Shown: positions 37,121-49,018, numbered from the whole stretch's first letter. The stretch is DNA of 63,328 nt, filler included, from Globobulimina sp. (GCA_003354225.1; 44 parts of 44 records of this genome joined end to end with filler, not necessarily neighbours in it), one strand, 5' to 3'. Numbers and translations are program-made. Notes: generated from the sequence alone by a model not told the origin.

Positions 37121-37490
37121 TCAAGATAGTTTCGATCAACTCCTTCAAATTACTATCGACCACTCTTTCTTTTAAATTAGAAACACTCTCTATACAATAT
37201 TCTCATTAAGGGACGCGATCAACCCATATTCGGGAAATGCCACCTATGACATTCACCAGGCTTTTATTACACACCAAGCACAAGTCTGCCAGTGAACGAT
37301 TATGGCAAGGTTTGGCCCAGATGCCGCACCGAATTACAGCACTCAATACGTTCAAATCATTTGATGTACCACTCATTTCTCATCTATTTGNNNNNNNNNN
37401 NNNNNNNNNNNNNNNNNNNNNNNNNNNNNNNNNNTTAATTAATTAANNNNNNNNNNNNNNNNNNNNNNNNNNNNNNNNNNNNNNNNNNNN

Positions 37491-37915
37491 GCATTATCCC
37501 CAATATAACTTCATCAGTTTTTTTCATACCAAATTGAGAAAGTACACCGATATTTTTGATTGTATCTTCTATATTTGTTGAGATGATACCATCCCCACCT
37601 TGTAGATATTTGTCATTTAGTGCTAACATCGACGAGTCAAAAGCTGCATAGATTCCTGTAGCTATTTTCGTTGCACATGAGGCTTTTGCTCCATCGCAGA
37701 TAACTCCTGAGATATTCCCTAGACTGTTTGTTATTGAGTTTGCCACAGTATCATAGTCCGCATCTTCTAAGAACGATATAGCACCACTTACAGCACTAGC
37801 TGCACACATTACTCCACAAAATGCAGATAATCTTCCTACATTTGTTTTTAGATGTATTGTTGAAAGATGAGAAAATATTAGCCCTCTTATTAGTTTCTCT
37901 TTGCTTAGATTTTTT
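37491..37915 (-). CDS. Bacterial UPF0597 / serine dehydratase alpha-like L-cysteine desulfidase (CyuA/YhaM family), C-terminal fragment
   Basis: GRLSAFCG, SGVICDGAKASCATK, GGDGII, GMKKTDEVILGIM. Confidence 0.9.
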
Positions 37916-38348
37916 TGGATCCTCATAATTAATGATTGCTCAGAAATGGATCATATTGGTCATATATGTCATATTGATATCATATCACTATTGAGTTTAT
38001 ATTTTTTCCATTGTAAATTAACTAATATCTTAAATCTTAATACCACTAAACGTTAAGCCACAATTCCAATAAATAATGATTGAACAGAAAACACTTGCGT
38101 ATAAAAAAAAGTTTAAAGTTTTTACAAAGTTCGAATGTGTGGTTTTTAAGAATGGAAACTTAGCAAACAAGTGACCAAAATTATTATATTGACATGTAGC
38201 AAACTTGGATTATGAATATAACAATCATAGTTACCATACATTCATACTCAAGGGACATTATGCAATCATAATTACTCTTCATATATATCATAATTAACAG
38301 TTACATTCAATTACAACAATACAGCAACTGCTCATATCATCAACCACA

Positions 38349-38831
38349 ATGGGAAATAATTGTGCACATTTATCAGATGTTCGATTGGCTAAAAACAAAG
38401 ATGCAGACATATTAAAAAAAGAATTATTAAACAAAAAATGTGAAGAAATTGCAAACAAAGTGTTTTCGCAAACAAAACAACAACGAAAAGATTTATGGAA
38501 ACAAATGGGAGGCATGAAAGGCGCACATCTTTTAAGTTTCCATTTCTATCGAAGAATATACGAAAACGATACACAATCAAACCAATCCGACACCAAAATT
38601 AAAAAGTTTTGCTCATTATTCACGGACAGGCCCTTCGCCCAGGCAGTTGACAGAGTTTCTAGATTTATGGGATCGGAGTTGAACGGCGATGTGTCATTTT
38701 GGAATGTAAATTGGGTAAACAATGTGCACTGCGCACACGAACACGCAAAACAAATTATAGCTCCACTTTCCGCACAAATGTGGTACTCTTTTATGGTCTC
38801 ATCATTGGCAGATATTGATTGGGATCAAGAG
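38349..38831 (+). CDS. Truncated 2/2 haemoglobin (group II / GLB3-like) with N-terminal extension, 3'-partial
   Basis: MGG..LS.HFYRRIY (B9-B10 FY), F.SLF, A....RF, candidate proximal His in HCAHEH, G8-like Trp in AQMWYSFM..SL. Confidence 0.75.
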
Positions 38832-39173
38832 NNNNNNNNNNNNNNNNNNNNNNNNNNNNNNNNNNNNNNNNNNNNTTAATTAATTAANNNNNNNNNNNNN
38901 NNNNNNNNNNNNNNNNNNNNNNNNNNNNNNNATTACACAAAAATAATCCAAATTGGAATAAAAAACTAAATAAATTGTTTGATTTATTGAATCGAAACTT
39001 TAACTTTAACTTTCAACATGGCGCTGCCATATTGAATCCTCAATTTCTACACAAACTTTCACTACTCCTCAAACACTCATTGCATACAAGAGAAGTGAAT
39101 TGATCGCTCTTGTCCCTACAATCTATATTGATCCTATCAATATACTTTATATTAGTCATCAAAATAAACAAAT

Positions 39174-40272
39174 ATGTCTTTATCAACTCCAAGCATAAAT
39201 CGCTCATATTCTGCAGCCACAAATTCAAATAGACAAAGTAATCGTAGCTATAACAATAATAATAATACCAACAACAGAAGCGGTAAGAAAGACGCGAATC
39301 GCAAACGACGAGAAAATGAACAAAAATATCGTGAAAAGATTAGTGCGTTGGATCAAATCCACGTTCGCCAACTGATTCAAACCTGGGCCAAACCGCCACC
39401 CTTTGAAGACGCCAGAATGATCCAAATAAAAAACAATAAATTATGCATCCAAATCAAATTCTTCGCAAATGCGGCCAGCGGATCGTGGTTCGACAACGCC
39501 GACGATTATTACAAAAGTCTTACAAACTACACCAAAGCATTTCAGCATATACAGCCATTCATAACTTCTGGCGATCCATTTGGCAAACAAACATATTTTC
39601 GTATCACTATCACTTGGAACGGAATAAATAGCCGCGCTGCAAAGCAAACCGGTGTGCCAACATTTGAACAGCTATTTCATTTAACGAATAATTGGATCCA
39701 TAACATTTCAGACATCTGTATTCATGACAATGCGTTCAGACGTAACTTTGGAAACAATTTCCAAGCTATTCCCGTCAAACGCAATTTTGATATTAATAAT
39801 GGCTTCAAATATATCATTGACAATGCCAGCGTTCATCCTAAATTCCACAAATCCCGCGATATTAGCAATGATAAAACACTCTTACTCATTAAAAAAACAC
39901 TATTAGCAGCTTTTCCGCAAGAACACTTTCTACTTAGTCGCTGTGGTAATTATACCAACAGCAACCAATATGTATCAAAGAAAATATTAATTAGTACAAC
40001 AAAACAATTAAATTTGGATAAAATGAACTATAAATGCGGCTTTATTGGCGGCCAATCCATAGAATGGGTAAAATTCAATAAACAGCAGCCACGAAACCAA
40101 TATGTCAAACTGACGGAATCGCAACGTATCCAAAATCATCAACAACTAAAATTTGACAGCGGCCAGTCATTAGACCCAATGTTTAAATACTTTAAGATCA
40201 AAAAGAATCAATTTACCGCCTTTTCAACATCCCAAGCATATGCATTATTTAATAATGATTTCAGCCAATTTA
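39174..40272 (+). CDS. Unknown-family protein, 3'-partial; homologous to ORF 15864; candidate LINE ORF1
   Basis: Intronless; N/R-rich N-terminus; aligns by eye to ORF 15864..17108. Confidence 0.7.
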
Positions 40273-40372
40273 NNNNNNNNNNNNNNNNNNNNNNNNNNNN
40301 NNNNNNNNNNNNNNNNTTAATTAATTAANNNNNNNNNNNNNNNNNNNNNNNNNNNNNNNNNNNNNNNNNNNN

Positions 40373-40781
40373 TTTATATAATAATGTGTCTGTAATCCAT
40401 ACGAATGTAATGAAATTTATAACGCATTATTTTGAGAAACATTCATTAGAAATAATGTTTTTTTGTTTTCCCGATCCGCATTATAAGAAAAAAAATCATC
40501 GGAGAAGAATAATAAGTGTTTCCTTATTGGATTATTATGCATATTTATTAAAAGAGAATGGATTAATTTATAATATCACGGATTATAAGGACTTATATGA
40601 TTGGACTCTGGATCAATTCTCTAAACATCCATTATTTGAAAGATTAAGTGACAATGAATTAAAAAATGATATTATTGTTGATTTAATTACAAATAAAACA
40701 GACGAAGCACAGCGAGTTACAAAAAATAATGGACAAAAATATATTTGTGTTTATAGGAGAAAGTGTATTCCTTCGACTTGA
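40373..40781 (+). CDS. METTL1: tRNA m7G46 methyltransferase catalytic subunit, 5'-partial
   Basis: NVMKF, MFFCFPDPHYKKKNHRRRIIS, IYNITDYKDLYDW, HPLFERL, TDEAQRV. Confidence 0.95.
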
Positions 40782-40895
40782 ATTATGTGTAATGTGTGCA
40801 AGGATTTATTTATTGTTTATTCTCAATTATTATCAGCTAACCAAACCCATGATAATTGAGCAGATTTTTACAATGCAAATATGTCCGATATGATA

Positions 40896-41713
40896 TCATT
40901 TAAAGAGAGATTTATTATTAGCAAAAGTGTACTCATTAAATGGCAAAGGTGGTCTATTATAATTATTATTACTTGTTAAATCATTCCATTTTAATAGATT
41001 AAAAGAGCCGCTTCCGTCGGCATCGCTTGAACTAAAACTAAAACCAGTTTCTGTACATTCTTTAATTGAAGTTTGCCAGATTGAAGTTTCTGATATGATA
41101 TCTAACTGTTTTTTAACACCCATAGATACTCTCCAATTCCTACCATCCAATGTTCTCTGTATTTTCCTCATTCCATCGGTAAATGGTATATGTGATAAAT
41201 ACGGGATATGTGATCTATTCATCATATTCATATTCATATTTATTTGTGAATTGTCACATATTATCAATCGTTTTGGTGATTGATAATTATCAATTCCACC
41301 AATTTTACTTAATGGGGGTTTTCTGGTAAATAGCCAGTATATACAAATAAGACAATCAAGAACACATTGCATCAAATACGTAATATGTCTGAATATTTCA
41401 ATGGTATCTCGCGTTATTTTACTCATCTCCGACCCTGATTTGTTATTTGTACATGTATTTACCATTAATGTGGCTATAAATAGTGCCTGTGTTATAATAT
41501 AACCGATGCCGATCATTTTTACTAATCTCGCACTCTCTTTTTCACATAAATCCATAATAAATGTTGTCTTATTCTCTATGAAAATTGCAAATATCCAGCA
41601 ACAACAACTTATAATATAAAGCATACAATTTGGTATTATGAAATTATAGAAATATAAATGCTTATTAATATTCACAGAAATGGTTATTCCATGGACTAAA
41701 ACGGCAAAAATAA
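40896..41713 (-). CDS. Multi-TM (7TM-like) protein, C-terminal part
   Basis: Three to four TM segments and a cytoplasmic tail. Confidence 0.55.
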
Positions 41714-41890
41714 NNNNNNNNNNNNNNNNNNNNNNNNNNNNNNNNNNNNNNNNNNNNTTAATTAATTAANNNNNNNNNNNNNNNNNNNNNNNNNNNNNNN
41801 NNNNNNNNNNNNNTAGTTATAACTTATGTTTTCTGCAACGTTTTCAACGCAAATTCGCAATTTTATACATACTTTGTACGTAATACATAG

Positions 41891-42946
41891 TTGGAAGCTC
41901 AGTTATGCTCTAAAATACGACCAATATTACGCGTGTATCATATTGATTGTGGCGACGATGATATTGAGCGATATTTGTATACATTATTTAATAAATATGG
42001 GGGCATTGTTAGTATTGAGATAAGTTTGGTACATTCGCCAAACGAAAAGGATCTGAATCCAAGTGATAAGTTTAGTGCTTGTGTCACTTTTGCGAACTCG
42101 CATTGTGTGATTGATGCGTACAATGCCACCATGGAGGCATTGAATCGTGGCTGTAAAGTTGGCTTTGAATTAGATTTTGTATTAATTAAAGAAACAGCAA
42201 TGGAGCACCAGGAACAGCACAATGATAATAATAACAATGGAGCTGTGAGCGGTAAAATTAACTGCAATACGTGCCAATTTTCGGTGGTGTTCGGCCGAGC
42301 GCATATTCTGCCGCCACCGGAGCAATTATTATCATTGTCGACGAACGACATCGGGCCGTTTTATCCGACGCATCGTATCCATCATGAATGTGCGCAGTGT
42401 TGCAATGTGTATGAGAATGATAATGGAACACAGCGCGTGGCGGCACGTAAGAAATACAATAAATATAATAAATCTATGCGTGAGTCTGTGATAAATAATA
42501 ACAACAATAATTATCGGGTGTTGTATCGGAATGAGAGCGAATATATACATTTATGTGAGTCGTTAATGAAATATGGGATAAACAGATCATTGATTAAATG
42601 TATTAATATTTGTATGAGTCGTGGTGATGTCAAGAAAGTGAATAATAATAGTAATGATACGATATTATGGTATCAGACCTCGGCGTCATTGGCGAGTCAA
42701 GTTGCAACGCATGGATTTATGTTTAAGTTTATGACCGATTTTAGCAAAGCAATGGACACTTCTGGCTTCAGATTTGAGTGCAAACCAAGTATAAAAACGC
42801 ATAGATTGCATAATATCCATCTGTTTCAATGTAAATTACGTTTAACCGATAAACAATTGGGTTATTTACGACATAATGGCAGTATTATTATCACGGATAC
42901 TCGCATTATTTCGCCAAATTATTGGATTGTTGTCGCAAAAAAGTAA
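41891..42946 (+). CDS. RRM domain plus degenerate PARP/ART-like C-terminal domain
   Basis: RRM: LRVYHI..LYTLFNKYGGIVSIEI..SACVTF; C-terminal LWYQT..V..HGF..GFRF..LFQCKL..IIIT..ISPNYWIV follows the PARP-fold strand order. Confidence 0.6.
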   Translation: MEAQLCSKIRPILRVYHIDCGDDDIERYLYTLFNKYGGIVSIEISLVHSPNEKDLNPSDKFSACVTFANSHCVIDAYNATMEALNRGCKVGFELDFVLIKETAMEHQEQHNDNNNNGAVSGKINCNTCQFSVVFGRAHILPPPEQLLSLSTNDIGPFYPTHRIHHECAQCCNVYENDNGTQRVAARKKYNKYNKSMRESVINNNNNNYRVLYRNESEYIHLCESLMKYGINRSLIKCINICMSRGDVKKVNNNSNDTILWYQTSASLASQVATHGFMFKFMTDFSKAMDTSGFRFECKPSIKTHRLHNIHLFQCKLRLTDKQLGYLRHNGSIIITDTRIISPNYWIVVAKK

Positions 42947-43319
42947 GCTCAATATTCATAGAATAATTATTTATATATATCTCCATCATATATCATGTAC
43001 ATATTTTTTTTCCTGTCAAAGGATCATTTTTCAACTGCATCATTTACAGATATTCGATTATAATTTATTTTATTTTTATTTTTTACATTGTTGATTGAAT
43101 TGCAATAAATGATGTGATATATAATTTTCATAAGTTGTCGTTTTAAGAAAAATGNNNNNNNNNNNNNNNNNNNNNNNNNNNNNNNNNNNNNNNNNNNNTT
43201 AATTAATTAANNNNNNNNNNNNNNNNNNNNNNNNNNNNNNNNNNNNNNNNNNNNTATTTTACGGTTTGGCTTTTTTTATGCAAGTTTAGCAAGGATGGCA
43301 TCTTAAACTTGTTTTAGTT

Positions 43320-44595
43320 AAAGCTGAATTTTTACCTAATTTTGCATCCATGGCCGAGCCCTTGCGTGCACTTACCCGCAAAGATGTTGCTTTTCACTGG
43401 GACACAGCCCAGCAACAAGCTTTTGACGACTTAAAAAACCTTGTCTGTCAAGATTTACGACTTGGCCTCTTTGATCCTGCCGCACCTACTCTATTGACCA
43501 TTGACGCATCTGGTGTTGGTATTGGTGGAGTTTTAAGTCAGCTGCAAGGTGGCCGGGAAATCCCTATTGCTTTTGGCCACCACACTTTGAACTCAGCTCA
43601 ACGCAAATATGCAGCAAATGAACAGGAAGCGCTGGCAGCTCTGTATTTTACTGAATACTGGGAGAAATATCTACTTGGCCGGCGTTTTACCCTCCGTACT
43701 GATCACAAAGCTTTAACTACACTCCTTACACAATATGGAAAGGGACGAAAAAGTGGCAAATTCCAAAGATGGTTTGAACGTCTCTCTGTGTTTGATTATC
43801 AAGTGACACATATCCCGGGTTCGCATAATTCTGTCGCAGATGCCTTATCTCGTCTTGCATCAGCCTGCGGCGCTTCTGGTGTCTATGACCCGATTGACAA
43901 GCACATTTCTACGATTTTACAATGCCACAGCATTTCCCTAGACAGTTTACGAGAAGCTACATTGGCCGATACAACGATTCAGGCTCTCATGGAACACTTA
44001 TTACATCCAACTGATCGATTGTCTGCCAACTTGTCTAGCTATTCTCAAGTGTTACATGAACTGTATATCGAACAAGGTTTGCTAATGAGAAATGAGCAGC
44101 TTATTGTGCCAGAATCATTGCGCCAATCGATTATCGAAGCTGCCCACAATGATGGCCACCCTGGCATAAATCGTACTAAACGTGTAATCCGAATGAAATT
44201 TTGGTGGCCCCGCCTTGACCGTGACATAGAAAAGCTCGTGCGTCACTGTCAGCCATGCGAACAATCATCCAAATCTGATCCCAAGCAGTCCTATGTACCA
44301 GAAATCATCCCACGCCCCACTAAAGCGTGGCAGAAAGTGGCGATTGACATTACTGGTCCTTTTCACACAGCTCCAAACGATCAGAAATATGTCATTGTTT
44401 TGGTCGATTATTATTCTAACTACCCTGAAATTAAATGTACAAACAGCACTACAGCCAGTTCCCTTATCCATTGGCTTACTGACCTCTTTGCCCGATATGG
44501 CAACCCTGACATTTTAGTATCTGATAATGGACCACAGTTTAGTCAGAGTGCTGAATTTACAGCTTTCTTGGCCCAAAGAAACATTCAATTTCACC
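43320..44595 (+). mobile_element. Ty3/Gypsy pol fragment: RNase H and integrase
   Basis: DASGVGIGGVL, AQRKYAANEQEALA, LRTDHKAL, ADALSR, HHCC (AH..GHPG..CQPC), IDITGP, VDYYS, SDNGPQF. Confidence 0.97.
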
Positions 44596-44695
44596 NNNNN
44601 NNNNNNNNNNNNNNNNNNNNNNNNNNNNNNNNNNNNNNNTTAATTAATTAANNNNNNNNNNNNNNNNNNNNNNNNNNNNNNNNNNNNNNNNNNNN

Positions 44696-46036
44696 AAATA
44701 AGAAGAATTAGATTTCGAGCAGACTCATTACGCAGTTTTGAAGAATTCAAGAATCAAATTATCGAAAAATTTGATTTCGCCGTAGTTATACGTCTCGAAT
44801 ATATGATGAATGGTGACAATGATTTTATTATCATTGATAACGAAGCAGATTTTTTAGAGTTAATGCAAGATGCAATTATTATCATTGATTATTTTATTGT
44901 GAATCGCGAAGACGTAGAAGAGAAAGAAAATGAATTACCTGCGCCAAGAAATAATAATCGCAATTCAGCAGAACATCATATTAGTAATGCTTTAGCAAAA
45001 TTAGCTATTACAAGCATTCCATTTAAATTTCATGGAAAAGAAAGTGAAAACATTAATCATTTTAAATTAAGCATCAATAAATATTGCACATATAATGAAA
45101 TCACCGATAATATATTTTTAAAATTGTTATTAAACGGTAAGATTTTAGGCGAATCCGCCTATGAATATTTACAACAAAAAGATTTGGATTATAGTGTCGT
45201 TGAAACAGACACGGAAAGAATTGCATTAATTTGGACAGTATTAATTGAAAGATATGGTAAATTAAATCAAGTCATACCATATAAACATAAATTGCAGCAA
45301 ATTAAACAAAGAAACGTTTCTATTAAGAAACATTTAGATACTTTTAAAGAATTATTAGGCAAATTAACCATTGAAATTAAAATACAACAAAACAATGGCT
45401 ATAATTACCAGAATGTAAATGAATGGGAAGCAGCGGAGTATTTTATTAAAGGATTAAACAAAGAAACTCGTTGTCGTGTTATTGATAAAGCAGTGCATTT
45501 ACATAATACGCCTGCTATTACAATGTCGCAATTAGAACCTATTTTAGCTCGATTTATAGAACAAGAGAATTATTTGGCTTCCGTTGCATCGCCGAATAGC
45601 CGTAAAATTAATGAGATTATCATCACAGAGCAGGACGAAATGCATGATTTAAAGGCACAAATATGTGCTCTACAGCATCGATTCAATGATAAGCAGCGAA
45701 ATTATGGTAATCGTGGTGATAGAAACAATGCAAACCGAGGTGGTAGTTATCGAGGTAGTGGACAGCGCGGTGGACAACGCAGTGGATACAAAGCAAAATG
45801 TAAACATGGTAACCAATGTCGCTATGGTTTAAATTGCAAATTTTACCATTCCCGCGACCATATTGAAGCATTTAAAAGAAATAAGAATCAGCGAGCTCGT
45901 ATCCATGCTATTGATACTCAGCAAGCTCAGCAAGCTCATATCCATGCAATTGACACACAGATAACTGCAGAACCCGAAGATATTAAAGAAAATGATAAAT
46001 TTGAAGAGAATTATAACGTTTCCATTGAAACAGAAG
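44696..46036 (+). mobile_element. Ty3/Gypsy-type Gag with N-terminal PB1 domain, RGG tract and CCCH finger; open at both ends
   Basis: Frame open from 44698: IRRIRF..SFEEFKNQIIEKF..IRLEY..GDNDFIIIDNEADF (PB1-like); capsid-like KFHGKESE..LGESA..LIERYG..LQQIKQ..FIKGL; CKHGNQCRYGLNCKFYH. Confidence 0.75.
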
Positions 46037-46136
46037 NNNNNNNNNNNNNNNNNNNNNNNNNNNNNNNNNNNNNNNNNNNNTTAATTAATTAANNNNNNNN
46101 NNNNNNNNNNNNNNNNNNNNNNNNNNNNNNNNNNNN

Positions 46137-46521
46137 ATAACAGGAATATCAAAAACAAATAATACCTGAAACACATAGCAATTGCAATAAACGTGCAAAA
46201 TAAACTGCCTTTCCACGCGCATCCAAATTTATTAAATCCCATAAAAATCCATGAGATGATAATGCATACAGTGAGCATTGTAAATGATACTAATCTAAGC
46301 ACGGTGTTGTTCAATGGCCAACCCCATCTACCTTCCTTTCCTTGTATTTGTAATGGACCGGCTAGTGTCATCAATGGATTTTGCACTCCTTCTATCTCCG
46401 CACTTGTCCATTGACTGAAAGTCAATACATACACATAACTCACACAGAATACATAAATGACTGATAACAACACAATCCCAAATCTTGATTTTGCAATTGA
46501 TTTTACAGTATCCCCACACAT
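46137..46521 (-). CDS. Hypothetical membrane protein, partial
   Basis: Three hydrophobic segments. Confidence 0.5.
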
Positions 46522-46653
46522 TTATAAACTAATGAATCACTTCTATTGATCGACACGTACTCGCGTGTATTCGGATATATTCCAAACTAAGATCTGTATT
46601 TTTATTTTGAGCGAAAAACTCAGCTGCATAAATTAAAATCCTCACACCGAACC

Positions 46654-47400
46654 ATGCCACCGACAGTCCGCGATCGCACACAAGAATTCTTTGCTACCGT
46701 CGATTCATTCCAACAACTTGGCCACACGTCACCCAGCAATAAATCAGCCACGTCGTCACCAACAATACTCTCTAAAACATCGCTTGAGCAGTCCTCTCAA
46801 ATCAGAAATTTAGCGACTCGAATCGCTGAAAATATCGAACAAGTGCAGCAAAAAATAATATCGCTTGAACAATTAGCTGCTTTAACCTCAAACTTCCGCG
46901 ATGAACGGCCAAATATTCAGAAATTAATGTTCAATATCAAAAAAGATATCGATGGCTTGAATATAAATTTAAAAACCTTACAAACTTTTTTATCGCAGTC
47001 ATTTTCGAGCATCTCAAGTGATGATAATATCATATCTCATCACAAGTCGTTATTAAATGTGTTAACTGCTCGTTATTCCACATTGGCCAAATCATTTGGA
47101 ACCGCCTGCGAAATATCCACCAAACATCTACAGCGTCAAAAAAGACAAAGGGAGAAATTTGGTTTTGCTCCAAACAAAAAAAAATCATTCAGAAAAGTAC
47201 CACTTAATCGTTTGCAAAAAAGTTTAGTTATATCTCGGTTGCATAGCTCGTTCAGGCCAAAATGTTGCCATTTTGTGGGTGAGTCCAAGGATAAAAACTT
47301 GCTTTTTGTTTTTTTAGAGTCAAGAATGCGTCCAATCCGTCCAATGCGTCCATCCTTGAATGCAAACCGAAACCGCAACCGCATGAGAAATAGTTATTTT
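46654..47400 (+). CDS. STX5: Syntaxin-5 / Sed5 t-SNARE, N-terminal part; intron 47222-47317
   Basis: N-peptide RDRTQEF; Habc helices LEQLA..F.D..IQKL..IKKDI..LN. Confidence 0.88.
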
Positions 47401-47577
47401 TTATTAATTTTTATTGAATTTAAATGAATAATATTTGTTTTTTATAGGGCGGACAAGGAATAACAACAATGGTGGGANNNNNNNNNNNNNNNNNNNNNNN
47501 NNNNNNNNNNNNNNNNNNNNNTTAATTAATTAANNNNNNNNNNNNNNNNNNNNNNNNNNNNNNNNNNNNNNNNNNNN

Positions 47578-48918
47578 AATATTGAATGTTCGCAAAGTGC
47601 AAATTTGCATCAGATATTAAAATCCGATGCATTGTATATTGAATGTTGTGTTCAAGAAACAATGGCATGCCATAAATTGGAAGAAGACGACGAAATTATA
47701 TGGAATATCAAAGGGTATTTATTAGAATTATTGCGTACAAATAGTGTTGATGCAGTGTTTGAGAGTCCATATTTTTCAATTTGTGATGCAATATGGACCA
47801 TAAAGTACGCAGCAAATAGATTATGTATTATATGCCATGAAATTATATATTCATCCGATTTGACTTTGAGTTCAATTAATTATGAGATTGAATGCAGAGA
47901 GATTGATTATAAAATTGGTGGAAGGAATAAAGAGATACACTGTGGCAAAGAATGCAAGTTTTCAACGAGGTTTAAATGCAATGATTTGGATATAAATATT
48001 GAAAGATTAGCTATTAAATGTAAGATAAGCAAAGGGATTCATATTGTTGCTGGGTCTGAAACTGATCATGATGAGGAATTCCAGGATGAAGCAATAAGAA
48101 AACACAGGTTTTGTTTGGAAAGCATTGTTAATGAATATAATGTTAATGATAAACCGGAATATGAGATAGTTATCGATAAACATGAGCAAATTATTAAAAA
48201 ATGGAATGAAAATACAAACAAATTGTGTGATATTATTAAGTTGATTGATAATGAACATTTTATTGTGTCGGAGCCGGAGAACAAAAGTCGTGTGGGTTCC
48301 GGAAGGATATTATATGACAAATATATGGAATCTGATACGATTATTGATCTACAAACAGACAGATTGAATAAAATCACATTTGAGCCATATGTGCCACAGT
48401 TAATTGAACACCAAAATATGTTGAATGTTAAGTGTTTTTGTGTGTGTTTTGTTTATATATTATCGGAGTTTAATGAACAGAAACAATTGCGAGAGAGTGA
48501 CAATTTATTAATGGATAATAAAGAGAAAGAGAATGAGAATGATGTTTATGAGAAAGTAAAGCAGCAACGGATTATATTACAAAATAAGATTGAAAATGAT
48601 ATCAAAAAATGCAATGAATTGATTAAAATGGAAAACAGATTATTTTATCGACAATATAACAAAAAAGAAGAGGATTTCAAGAAATTGCAAATTTCATGCA
48701 ACAAATGTTTGGATTTAATTAAAGGATATAATGAGTTTATGATAAAAAATAATTGGTATATTGATAAATTAAGGAGATATTTTGAGGATAAATGGATTGA
48801 ATTTGAATCAAAATGGATTGGATGGAATAGTTTGGATATTGTAATATGGCTAAAATATATTACCAAAGGAATGGATTTGAAATCAATTAATATGAATAAA
48901 ATAGAGAATGAAATCAAG
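47578..48918 (+). CDS. MATH-like domain plus coiled coil, ending in a possible SAM start; partial
   Basis: IIWNIK..FESPYF..WTI..IKCKI pattern; WNSLDIVIWL near the end. Confidence 0.5.
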
Positions 48919-49018
48919 NNNNNNNNNNNNNNNNNNNNNNNNNNNNNNNNNNNNNNNNNNNNTTAATTAATTAANNNNNNNNNNNNNNNNNNNNNNNNNN
49001 NNNNNNNNNNNNNNNNNN

